This document shows, in pieces, positions 12,461 through 24,569 of a stretch of 64,000 bases of DNA. Under the pieces are notes generated by a model. The model did no database searches, had not been told where the DNA came from, and saw only the letters and a list, made by a program, of their open reading frames with translations. Within the stretch, counting starts at the first letter, position 1, and each line of letters starts with the position of its first letter. This DNA comes from Lama guanicoe. Its lineage: Eukaryota. The translations under genes and the position numbers were made by a program. Location: assembly GCA_013239625.1 (NCBI GenBank), contig MU056050.1, positions 5,775,366 through 5,839,365 on the forward strand, given 5' to 3'.

Positions 12461-13244
12461 GGAATATTTTTACAGTGGTAGACAGCACATATCTTCTACC
12501 AATTAAGCTGAGACATTATTAGCCTGATGTGTTTTTGTATTGAAGATGACAGGGCTAATGGAGATGAGGGGATGGCCTCAAGCCCCTCTGACGAGCAACC
12601 TCTTGCCATGTTCACAGTGCCTACCCCAGGCAAAGACCCTGCTGCTACTGCTGCTGCTGCCTTTAAAACTAGAAAACAATGGTCGTTTTCCTTCAGCAAT
12701 TACTTTCTCAAGTCTTTTATCATTCTGTTTTTTAAAACCTCTTTTAAATCAACCCCAAAGCTACAAAGTCCATCCAGGACTTAAACTTTAGTTTCTAGAC
12801 AGGAAAACAGGGGGAATCAACTTTTGAAATTCACAATTCATCGATTTATGTCCCCCTCATCAGCCCACAGCACTAGAGATGGTCTTAATACTGTGTAACT
12901 GGATTATAATTTTGGTCTCACTGAGTTAAAATAATGGCAGCTTCAAAAGAATTTTTTTTAATTAGGAGAGAAAGAACAACAAAGATGTAGAGAAAAATCA
13001 AATAAATGAAGATAAAGCAACATGGTTACCTTTGAAGTGCAGAAATGCCTCCATTTTGTTTGAATGAGTTAGCTCAAATTGACGGTATGATTTTGTTCTC
13101 TTTCGGCCAAATAAATTTTGTATAGCAAGTTTTAAGGCGAGGAGAGGATTAACCATCAGCTGATACATTTCGGAAACGTGAATGTTGTACATTGAAGACA
13201 TCTGCTAGGTTACCAAATACAACTGCCTGCAGACTGCAGGAATC

Positions 13245-13825
13245 AAGTCATAGAACTCAGGAATGCTTCTATCTTTTGAAGTCCATTGTTCATAATATGA
13301 GCCCCCGGAGCCACACAAAATAAATCTATTGTGTCCTACATATGAGCACTTCATAGGTTACAAAAGGTGAGATGCCCCCCACCCTCAACTCAGCTTTGAC
13401 CCTCTCAGTTTCTTCAATTGATGCTTTATAGAAACCATCAGCCATCATAGTCATCTCTGTTTAAGAGACTCCAGTTTGTCAGTGGTCTCCCTAAAACGTC
13501 CCCAGCAAACAGTATTTTATGTAAGTCATCTGACCAGTAGAGATCATACTGGGTCTGTAACCTTCTAGAAAAGATGCAACATACTCTCAGATTACATTAG
13601 CTTTTTGGTTGCAGCATTAGCATTGACTGGTTTTGCCACTAGACTCAGCGAAAACCCTTAGGCTTTTTCATAAGCAGCCACTTCAGTCTTGGCTTCCTCA
13701 CTTGAGCCTTTTTTTTTTTCTTTTTTGGAGGAGGAGGAAGTTGAGTGGAGAAGTTTTCATTACATTAGTCTTTATTAAACTTCATCTTGTTAGTTTCAGT
13801 CCACTGTTCTAACCTGCCAAGATTC
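13245..13825 (-). mobile_element. L3/CR1 LINE fragment
   Basis: CR1-type antisense phrases: ctccagtttgtcagtggtctccctaaaa...tctgaccagtagaga...attagctttttgg...attaaacttcatcttgttagtttcagtccactgttctaacctgccaagat. Confidence 0.65.
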
Positions 13826-15129
13826 TGTCATACCATGTGAAAATTCTTTGTACTTTCACTCTTCATTTTTGTTGGAATATATTTCCCTAGTATCTCTGCA
13901 CACTTCTCTGCTTTAGAATCTAGAAGCTAAAGGATACAAATGATTCATTCCTTGTTGCCTCAAGTTCTTAAAGCGTCATCAGTATGAGTGTCAGTATTTA
14001 CTGCCCAGGACCTTTGGAACATAGAAGATATAGGAGGTAAGAACATTGTATTGCAACTGCATTGAACCCAGGACATCCTACAGAGGTATTTTTGTTTCAC
14101 TAAATTCCTGAAGTGACATCGTTTTACTTATTTTTCTTCTTCTTTCTTCAGAAAGGGAGAGCTAATGGCAATAAACCACAATTTTGTGTAACTAAGGGTC
14201 CAAGTTAATTGGATTCAATTTAATTGGGACTCTATTGGAATGTAACTTAACCAAGTTACCACTATGTAGCATTTAAATTTCAAGTGATGTTATTATTTAC
14301 TCACTAAGAAAAATAAAATCAGGACAAAGAAATTCCATCGGGAACAATGTCTCAACCCATACACTTGTAAGGAGATGGGTGGAATAATTTGCTCTTTGAT
14401 CTAGCTTCATAAGTCCTTTAAGATCAGAGCTTTCTAAAAAACTAGTATTATTGTAGTAAACATAAATTACAACATAAGTGAATGTTTACTAAAAATTCAC
14501 CTATGCAGAAAAAACTAAAAATGGTATAATGCAAGTATTTTCATGGAGATGTGACATCTTCCACATTATCACTCAAGAGAGTCCATTACCAAAGGAGAAT
14601 TCACGATGACTATGTTAACACTTAATAGATGCTTTTGACATAATGCACACCCCTCTCCCACTTGCCTTTCAATCTAAATTTTCACTGTTCATCTAGAACG
14701 CTCATTGCCTGAAACTAATCAAATTTCTCTGATCCTTAGTACATATCTTATTTTATTGCCTCCCTTTACTCTTATCTTTATCCAAAATCTTAGTTTGGAT
14801 CAAAGTCTAGTAATTACACATACTCAACCAAAGGAGGTTTACAACCACAAAATAACTGCTCTGTGATGCATACTAATTAGGCAAAAATTCCACTCTTTGA
14901 TTAGAAACAACTAAAGCCCTAGGACAAGTTCATTAAAAGCAAATTCTGGTTTTGATTAAACATGTTGCTCTCTTCAAAGTTTATTCATTACCTGTGATAT
15001 TTGTCATCTATTAAAATAGTTTTAAGAAGAAATTTAGAATTTCTGCCCAAGATTGTTTGGAAAGCGCCAATTCTCCCACCCTATTTCCACTTGTCAGAAC
15101 CTAATAGAATATTTCAAAGTTACTATATA

Positions 15130-15290
15130 CTGTTGTGTGACAAGGGCATGACGTTAAGTCAGATCTAATTTCCAGACTCATCTCAGACTCAAGTTATCTC
15201 ATTGTTAATATTAAGATAATATCTGTCTCACTAAGCTGTTGTTAGGACAACTTCTATAAAGTGTATGGTATGTAGTAGGTGCTCAAAAAG
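15130..15290 (+). mobile_element. MIR SINE (decayed)
   Basis: taagataatatctgtctcactaagctgttgttaggac...tataaagtgtatggtatgtagtaggtgctcaa. Confidence 0.6.
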
Positions 15291-15656
15291 ACCACTTTCT
15301 TTACCCCTTGCATCTACTATCATTCCTGGGTCAAGGTTAAACACTAAACGTTATCTATAACAATAGCAATACAGAGGAAATCCAAGAATAAGATTCAACT
15401 TACAACCCTACTGTCAGGTGAACATTTGTTTTAAGTAAAATGACCTGTCTTCATGAAAATTATCAGTCCGTAACAAATGAGAACAATATTTGAATTTTAA
15501 CACACCCTGCATTATGTAGAATAAACTCAAGTTCAGCTAGCCTCATATAACTAGGTTACATGGACTTACTTAGACACATTCTTTTTAAAACAATAATATA
15601 AAACTCCAACTCGTAGATTCAATCTGCAGTTCTTTGTTTTGGTTATGTGTCAACTT

Positions 15657-15722
15657 GGTGTGTGTGTGTCTGTGTATGTCACTTCGACATATATATGTGT
15701 TTCTGTGTGAGTGTGTTATGTA
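15657..15722. repeat. Imperfect (TG)n microsatellite
   Basis: ggtgtgtgtgtgtctgtgtatgt...gtgtttctgtgtgagtgtgttatgtatg. Confidence 0.6.
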
Positions 15723-17269
15723 TGCTTCTATTTTTGGTTTTCTCTTCCTCCTAAATCAAGATAGGAACCTTCTGAGATGAGGGATTGTATCTCCATGATA
15801 AGAAGGCCCCCAACATGAATAGCATACATGTCTTCCCACTAGACTGAACTTCCCTGGCATACAGGGACCAAGCACCCTCACCCAGCCCAAAGTCTTACCT
15901 ACAAACGTTGCTAACTGTCAATCTGTTGTCCATTCATTACGTGCACATAGAGCAGAGCCTGGAGATTACTGATGGATCCGGGGAGCAGATGAATTCGTTA
16001 TCTCAGAGGCCTGTGTCACACAACATTGAGCCCTAGACTTAGGATATTCATAATGAAGCCATTCCTGGGTGAGGTGCTTAAATGGCTCAAGAAACTGCAG
16101 ATGTTCACCTTGCAAAAATAAAATTACAGCCAAATGGCCGATAAAATGCAGCGCTAGGAACAGGAGTGCTGGGAAGTTTCTTGGAATATACACAACACTG
16201 GGCTGGCATTCAGAGACCACCTAGGTTTCTGTGCTGACTCTGCCACTGACATTTCCATGACCATGGCTAATTTGCTTCATCTATCCGAGTCTCAGAACCT
16301 GGATCATTAATGAAATGAGTCTATGAGACTCTAAGTTCCTTCCCAGGTCTAACAGCCTGCAGTTTAACATTAAATCAAAATGGATGTTTCTATCTCAGAA
16401 TTAAAGGCTAAAATTAGAATCTAGATGATCCAGGTTAGCGCATGCTCCATTGCTACTTTGCGCTATGCTTATCACACGTTCAGCTTGTACCCCAGATAGA
16501 GGAATCATGGCTCACACGTGTGAAGGCCAAAGCCTAGGCCGGAGCTACTTAAACTAGTCCATGCTTTTAAAAATATCTGTGTTGACTGATTGATCTGGAA
16601 AATGAGAAATCTAACTACTGTTGTGGCCTCAGAGCTGTGATGTCGAGATTAGCAAGGTAATATGCATTAATACTGGCACTGCTTTGAGTTGAGAAATAAG
16701 AGATGGTGTAAGTTCAGAGTAAATGCACAGATCAAGGTCAATTTTCTGTATCCTTTGAAACCTTTCCAGTGCTCAGCAAATGTTAAATAACATGATGGGG
16801 TCTGCTGGCTCTTCTGAAAACCTTTTTTTCCCCCCAAGAAGTCTGGTATTTCTGTATGTGACCATAAAAGGATAGTTAAGAAGAAGTTTTTGGAAACCTA
16901 GCTTTGTAGTAGCCACTGACATCAGTCATAAGTGGTTTGCTGTGAGGGAGTCAAGAGATGTCCTCAGTCTCCAACTCTATTCAACAGCCTCTCTCTTTAC
17001 AGCTCTTTATAGTTACTGAGATTCTAACCTTCGAGTCACCTCTGTGGACAGGATAGGCAAGACTGAGTCAGATGGGATGATGGGAAGAAGGACAATATGT
17101 CCAGGGCACAGAAGGAGAGTAAGCCCAGGAAAGGGCTAGAACCAAAGTCGGGAGAAGTGACCAGAACAGAAAACATACTTTCTCTCTCCTTCAGATCAAG
17201 CAAAATAACAACTTAAAGATGACTTATAAAGGTGACAGTTGTCATTTTATTAGACCCTGGGTGTATAAT

Positions 17270-18135
17270 ACAGCCTTTGACTTCCTCAGTGGAATCCAAA
17301 CACTTTTCACCATCTCTAGTGCTACAACCCTAGTCCAAGCCAACCATCACCCCTCACCAGGATTTTTTTTTCACTGAAGTATAGTTGATTTAAAATGCTA
17401 TATTGGTTTCAGGTGTACAATGTAGCAATTCAATATTCTTATAAATTACAATTCCACTTAAAGTTATTATAAAGATATCGACTATACTCCCTGTGCTGTC
17501 CATTGCATCCTTCTACCTTATTTTACAACTGGTAGCTTGTACCTCTTAACGCAGTCCCCAGTCTTGCCCCTCCTCCACCCTGCTCCCCACAGGTAACCAC
17601 TAGTTTGCTCTCTACACTGTGAATCTCTGTCCTGCTACAGTAATCATTTGTTTTATTATCAACCTCCTTAACTAGTCTGTTTCCACACTTGCCTCTTACA
17701 TTCGCCACGCAGCAGCTAGAGTGATCCTTTCAAAGCATAAATCAGATAATGTGACTACCCGGGTTACACCTCTCCAGTAGACTCCCATTGAAAGTGGAAT
17801 GAAATCCTAAGTCTTTTTCATGGTCTCCTGACTATCTCTGCGACCTTACAGCCTCTCGCTCTTCCTGTGCCTTTGAAGTCCACCTACACTACTTTCACTC
17901 AGTCCCTTGAACACCCTGAGCTGTGTCTTATCTCAGGTCATCTTGCAGTTACCCTTCTGTATAGAACTCGCTTTTCTGAAAATATTTTTTATAAACATTT
18001 ATTTTCCACATTTCTTCACTAGGTGATAAACTCAGACGGAATGGTCCTTGTCAGTCTTGATCTTTGTTTCACCCTCAGTGTTTGGGCCACAGATGAAATA
18101 TAATAATCACCTAATATAGGTTAGTAAAAAGAATG
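17270..18135 (+). mobile_element. L2 fragment, interrupted by an L1 at 17363-17635
   Basis: cacttttcaccatctctagtgctacaaccctagtccaagccaaccatc...gcagctagagtgatcctttcaaagcataaatcagataatgtgac...cagtcccttgaacaccctgagct. Confidence 0.8.
17363..17635 (-). mobile_element. Artiodactyl-type L1 3' end (antisense)
   Basis: (t)n-cactgaagtatagttgatttaaaatg...tttcaggtgtacaa...ctatactccctgtgctgt...ggtaaccactagtttgctctctac. Confidence 0.88.
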
Positions 18136-21100
18136 ACTAAATGGCAAAGGGAGCCAGCAAGTCATGAAAGGAAGTGCAGGTGAGTCACCAAGAATGTGCA
18201 GCTGCAATAAGCTAGCCTGGCTATAGGGAGTCCAGACATCATGGTTTTGTTACTTTCTGTAGAAATGCTCAGTACCTCAGAAGCAAAAAACAAAATTCTT
18301 TTTTAATTGGATGGTGGAGGTTATCCAGGTTTTGGACCGGCAAGGCAAGAACTCTGACAGACTGTTGAGGGGCGAAGGAATCCCAGTGAGGACATCATCA
18401 AAACTGCCACCTGCAGAGCCCAGGTGGGTATGATGATGGGACCACAAAGACAATATCCAGCAGGGAATGAGTGGTAGAGAGCCATGGAAGCGCAGGAGAC
18501 TGTGCTTAAGAGGAGGACCAAACCTCGGGATCGCAGATCAGGGCTGTTCTCAGTGGTGAGGGAAGGTATGTCTAACAGAAATGAAGGGAGTATGCAGCTG
18601 CGGAAGTGAGTTCAAGGCAAGGCTGGAAAGACCCCCTTCAATCATTCAGTACTATCTCACTTAGCTATAAATGTTGGCCCTGACAACACTGTGAAACTAA
18701 TGGACCATTCAAACTTGCACTGGACTCCCGACTCCTTCAGGCAGAGCCTACCTCATCACACAAGGCTTAACTAGCCAAGTTCCGGATACAACCTGTTCTC
18801 TGACTTTGGAGAAGTCTTTCATCTGCCTATTCTCCAGCTCTGAGGCCCTACCCGAAATTCTTGATCCTTCTTTTTCTATCTCAAAACAGACACCACCTCT
18901 ACCCCAGGGTCCTAACGGAGCTGAGAGCTAATCCAATTCACAGTAAGATGAGAATGACTGCAAGTGACTCAAAGCCTTACCAATGCTGCCTTACAGGAAA
19001 ATTTTGACAGCGTCCTTCCTGTCTTAATGCCAATCAATAAATAGTAAATACGGTGAAAATTTAAGGCCATTGTCAGTGCCCACTTTAGACGGACTTAAGG
19101 TCATCTCCAGCAAGCACTATCCCCAGGCTTCTCCGCTGTGCTATGGAATATTCATGTGGAATTAGGATCTCTTGGCAGCAATGCCATCTCTTTAGATTAA
19201 ACCTGGATTGCAGGCCCTCTGACTACACGGGATCAAGAATGGCAGTGAAATCTCAGAGCAAAGAAAAAGACTCTAATCCCCACACGTCTATTTGGTGATT
19301 GGCATGCCCCCCAAGGAGAAAGTGTCCCTCCCTGGAGCATTAGGCCCTTAGGGACAGATTTCCCAGTGCATCATTTTTAGATCTATTAGGACTAACAGGC
19401 ATGATGGTTGCTAGGATACTATAAATCAGGAAGGAAAACATACAACAGGAGGTGCAGAGAGGCAGGCGCTGGCCTGTTTTGCAGACTACGAACTGGGCTG
19501 TTACTTATTAGCATCATGATTAGGATTATTTCCAACTGCTCCTGTCTATTTTCCTTCTGGAAGCTAGGATGCGACTGCATTTCAATTGGTAAAGAGTGTT
19601 TATAATTCATATTTTTTGAGAAGTAATTGAATTTGCGAAAGTTGAGCCTCATAATTGCAACTGAGGAATCTATTAATGAGTCAGACGGAGGTTGGGGTGT
19701 GCAAGTGGGTGGTTTTTCCCTGACTATTAAATGGCAACTTCAATTTGGGAATGAAATCAGCCTCCATTGATTTCCAGTGTATTCTGCCATCGTCCAGATA
19801 GCACTTTCAAAGAGTTCTGTAAATGAGATTTGTAGCCGAGGTAATTGCTACTGCAGAAGCATGCAATAGAAGGCAAGCTTTCTAACTGCCACTTTCTTGA
19901 TGGAACTTAACTACCTCCTTTCCAAATCAAAGCTGAGTGAGAGAGAAGATGAAGTTCTGCTTGATTTCTGACCTTGCCTCTTATCTCCTACAGAAAGCTG
20001 ACACTTCAGACAATACTTTGATCCACATCTCACTTTATGATGTTAATTATCTAACTAGAAAAAATTTTAACAATATTTTAGCAAGTTGTTTGGTATTAAT
20101 GATCACAGCATAATTACTGTTAGCTTTGGGAAGTTCTCTTCAAACTAACAAACAATAACCAATTGTCTTGTGATGATTTTTCAATGATATTGTCCAACAG
20201 AACATAGTAGCTTCTTCCTGGATGGGACTTGCTACTTCTAAGTACAGTCCTTTCCCGGTGGTTGGGGAAAAACTAAAAGTCATCTCCACAGACTGACTCT
20301 GCCTACATCTGAGTTTCTGATATTCGTTGACAATGGATACACTCTACCTGAGTCAGTTCTTCAAAAGCATGCTGTACATCAACCACCAGACCCTGTGTCT
20401 GAAAGTCTGGGGAGGGCTCGTTTGGAGAACACAAAGCACCTGGGACAGCCCCTTCCACCGCCAATATTACAATTAGAAACGTCAGATAGGCTGGTACCAT
20501 GCTGGGACTATATCAAACATCCTTCTGTGTTCGCTAGTTTTTATTATAAGTAATTGATACCAATCTGTTTCCCACTCTATTTTCTACCTCTCACCATAGT
20601 TTCACGTGTTTTGTGGGGAGGGGGGCAAGTGTTGTTTATTTCATTGGCTGCCCACAGTCCTTATAGATTTTTGCACCTAATAAGTACCTGATTAATGTTT
20701 AAATACATTGTGTCACTGTACTAAATATTAATATGGTAAAAGTATTCTAAGTGCTTTTACTGTAAATGAACAGTAGTAGAGAAGTCAAAAATCTCTTATC
20801 ATCTAAAAATAAATTTTAGCTATCTCTGAAATCTTTCCTGTGTTTTTTAATATAGAGAAATGGAAAGGTAAAAAGCATTTAAAAGTAACTTTTTTTCATT
20901 CCCCTCTTTTTCTATTTTAATTTAACACAAACAGGAAAAAATCAAAATGAAGACTTGAGCTCTGCCGAACACAATTTCATATCTGAAATTAGCCTGAATA
21001 GTCATAGAACGGATTTTTTTTAATGCTTGAATCATCTTAGTTTATAAGAGCACATTCATTTGTAAGACTTCTTTTAACTTAAAGATTTAAAATGTATTTT

Positions 21101-22194
21101 AAGGTTAGGACAACTTGAAAAACCAATATCTTACTCCCTAATAATTAGAAAAAGGCCTATTTATAAAAGAGCTTTCTCCTTTTTCAACTGTTAGAAGACA
21201 GAAACGTCAGACTTTAAAAGTTACTTTTAAATTCTACAAGCAAAAGATTCCAGAGATGATGATGATAAAAGAATGGTGCGTACGTGAAGGTTATCTCTTA
21301 TCCGAGTCACATTTCCTTCCCAACTAGACCCTTTGCTTGCTGGAACTTAAGGTCTTATCATGCCCCTTAACATTGTCAGAATTGGGTCAAATTCCCTAGG
21401 AAATAGAGTTCTTCAGTAGTAGTTAATGGGGAACTGCTCCCAGGAAAACTGTGTAGCCTAACTGAGGAGCCATCAGAAATGTTAACAGAAATGTCAGCCT
21501 GGAAAGTACCTGTCATAGTAAAGTATCTACCATTAAACTTCCTTGACGGAGGAAGAAAGACTGGGCTCTTTCATTTGTTTTTTCCATTATTGGTACAATC
21601 TGCTAAGAATGACTACACACTTGTAATCCCTGAAAGTCACAGGAGATGACCATTGATTGCCAAGTGTTTAGCGATGGTTCAACTCAGCTTGACACAGCAG
21701 TGGGCTAGCAGTCTGACGGAAGGACTTGCTTCCTTACAAGTGACTGAGGAGACCCCTTTACTATCCTCTATTTTATCAACTCTAATTCTTATTGCCTCCT
21801 ATCAGCTGTCTCCGACCATTCAACCAATTTGTTTGGCAAACTAAGTGAAGAAGAGAGAAAATGAAGCAGATGGATAGATGTGGGGCCAGGCTGAGTCAGG
21901 AATTCAGGATTTCTAGAAGCAATTCATGTTGTAAGAAGTCAAAGGAGAAACTTACCCTTGAGTCAGGGAGTTCTTGTCCTCTGGGCTTTGTATACACAGT
22001 AGTTTTCTTTTTTTCCTGGAAATGCAAATAGTGTCTGGGTGTGGGTGTGGTCAGCCTGGAGAACCAAATTTGTAAGCAAGGGAGCAGGTGGCGGCAAGTA
22101 AATCATGATCCAGAGACAGAACTGAGAGCTAAGCTTTCAGAAAAGTCGTTTCCCTCAAATAGAACAAAAATGAAGTAAGTGGATTTTACTTGAA

Positions 22195-22415
22195 CTAGTT
22201 TTAAAAGTATGGTCTGGGTATTCCTGGTGGTCCCTGAGATTTTTTTTGTGGAGTCTACACAGTCAACACTATTTTCATAGTAATTCTGAGACATTCCTGA
22301 CCTGTTCCCAGCATTGACATTTTCACTGGGGGCGGCAAAAGAAATGGTGGTAAAATTACTAGACCCTTAACATGAATCAAAGCAGGGGCACCAAACTGTT
22401 ATTAGTATCATATTA
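22195..22415 (+). mobile_element. Charlie1/Charlie1a (hAT) terminal fragment
   Basis: aaagtatggtctggg...ggtccctgag...gtcaacactattttcatagtaattctgagac...ttgacattttcact...aaatggtggtaaaattact...gaatcaaagcaggggcaccaaactgt matches the recalled Charlie1a end. Confidence 0.75.
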
Positions 22416-22814
22416 AGTATTGGCTTTCTATACTACTACTAATAAAAATTGCTAATATAAGTTCATCAGTATACTTTCTTTTTCCAAAAATCTTGAAAAG
22501 AGGTTCTATCTTTATTGAAAATGGTATGCCCCTGAGAAAATGTTTTTGACTTTGGCAGAGAACTTTAAATTCCATCAATCTTTTATGTCAAAACAGGATT
22601 CTCAGATACACCCTTCTGTATATTGATAACTATTATATATTAAAATGTAGTTAATAACTAGTTGTAGCCATGCTAACAGAGTTATTCTTCATAATTAAGG
22701 TATAAACATGCATACATGTAACGGATAAAGATCAAAGAAAAGTCCAGTGTTTCTGCCAAGTAACAGCTATTTTCAATTCCTTACATGGAGGCAAAATAAC
22801 TTAAAAGTCCCAGA

Positions 22815-22980
22815 AGACTCTGCCAACAGTCAGCCTGAATGTGAGTCCCAGCTTTGCCACCTCCTTGTGCTTCAGTTTCTCTATTTTTCTTAAAGAGCTA
22901 CCAGGATTAAATGCGTTAGTGTCTGCCAAATGCCTACAACAGTGCCTGGTACGCAGTGAGTGCTGTATGTTAATTATCAA
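22815..22980 (+). mobile_element. MIR SINE
   Basis: tcccagctttgccac...gtgcttcagtttctc...aggattaaatgcgttag...acaacagtgcctggtacgcagtgagtgct. Confidence 0.72.
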
Positions 22981-24569
22981 TACGATTGGTGAATTGTTTG
23001 TAACTGAGATCACGTGTGACTACCAAGCATAGCTTATTTAGAAATTTAAGATGTGAGTTTATAGAGGCCAAGTTTATGTCTTGTACTTCAGCAGGTATCA
23101 GTGAAATCAGGTGAGCTCCTGTCTTAGACTAAGAAAGTGTTGCTTCCTTTGGCCTGTCACATTTCTACTGGGCTTTCCATGGTTTGAAACTGGTCTTTGT
23201 TATTCCCTAAGGAGGGAACAAGCTCAGTAGTCAATCACATACAGTATTTTCCTCTGATTTTATGCCAACTTTGCCAACATACTAATCTATTTTCTTCTGC
23301 TCCCAGATTTCATTTACCAGGGTTACTTCCCGATTCCTACTTCTGTAACATACTATTTTGTAAATCTGCTTTTACAATATCCCCCTTTCTTGCCAAAATA
23401 TCTTTTATTTCCTAAAATTATTCACAGGAATATTTAACAAAATTAACTGCAACGTACTCTTTAAGGAGAAAACTCAAGGAGGACCTCTGGGGTGGTGACA
23501 ATGGTCTACTTCATGACTTGGGTGTTTGCTTCGTTATAGTTTATTGAGCTATACATTCATGGTTTGTACACTCTATGAATTCTACTGCACGACAGATTTA
23601 AAATGAAAAACAAGAAACAGAGGGGGAAATGTCATATTTTCCTTTAGAAGGAGATACAATCTGGCTATAGTTTTTTAACTCAAAGTATGAATTATGCTGT
23701 GACACTGACTTTTAAAATATTAGGTGTTCTCACTTTAACCTTTGACACAGCTCTAAATCTATCACACACATGGCTCCACTTCAAAGGAGAGCGATTTATT
23801 TCCATTATTCTAAACCTCCATTCAAATAAGATGGTCGTTTTCAGAAGCCAGTCTCAAGAAAAGGCACAGAGAAGGCTATCGCATTATTTGAAAGCAGCTT
23901 ACACTGGCATAGTCTTTCATCTCCAAACATTGTCCATGGCCACTGAGAAAGGTGGCTCTGGTCTGAGCAGGGTACCTTGCCTTAATACCATCTGGTGGAG
24001 GAGATTGCTGGTTTTCAATCTCCATGCCTTGCTTCAGCCCCCCGCAATGCTGATTCTGAAGTCCAGTAAGATGTATAAATAGCAAATGACAGTTGGCAAT
24101 TGGCGACTATCCATCCTTGTAAAAGCATTAAGAAATATATTTAATACTTCAAAAATTTAACCATCCTCTTTGCTCATGTTTTCCATTTTATCTTGTAATG
24201 CTCTAATTTCTGCCTTCACTTATCTCTGGCTTTTCACAGTTCTGACAAACTATGTATTTGAATGATGCTAGCTTTTATGGAGGTGACCACAATTCTTTCA
24301 ATTTTCTTCATTCCTTATCCTTTATTCACCTGCCTTGGTATCCTTGACTTCTATTTTCGAGAAAGAAGTTTTGGGAAGATAATCTGTGAGATTTTTTTCC
24401 TCCATACTGTGATTTTTACATATTACATTGTATTGCCTGACACTTTCCAACATGCAACTACTGCTTTTAACTAATATTCCAAGTCGTGCATTTTTATTAA
24501 CATTTTTATTAGTGATCATGCTCCATGAACAAGATATTATAGATTAGAGCATACAAATGTGGTTTAGGG

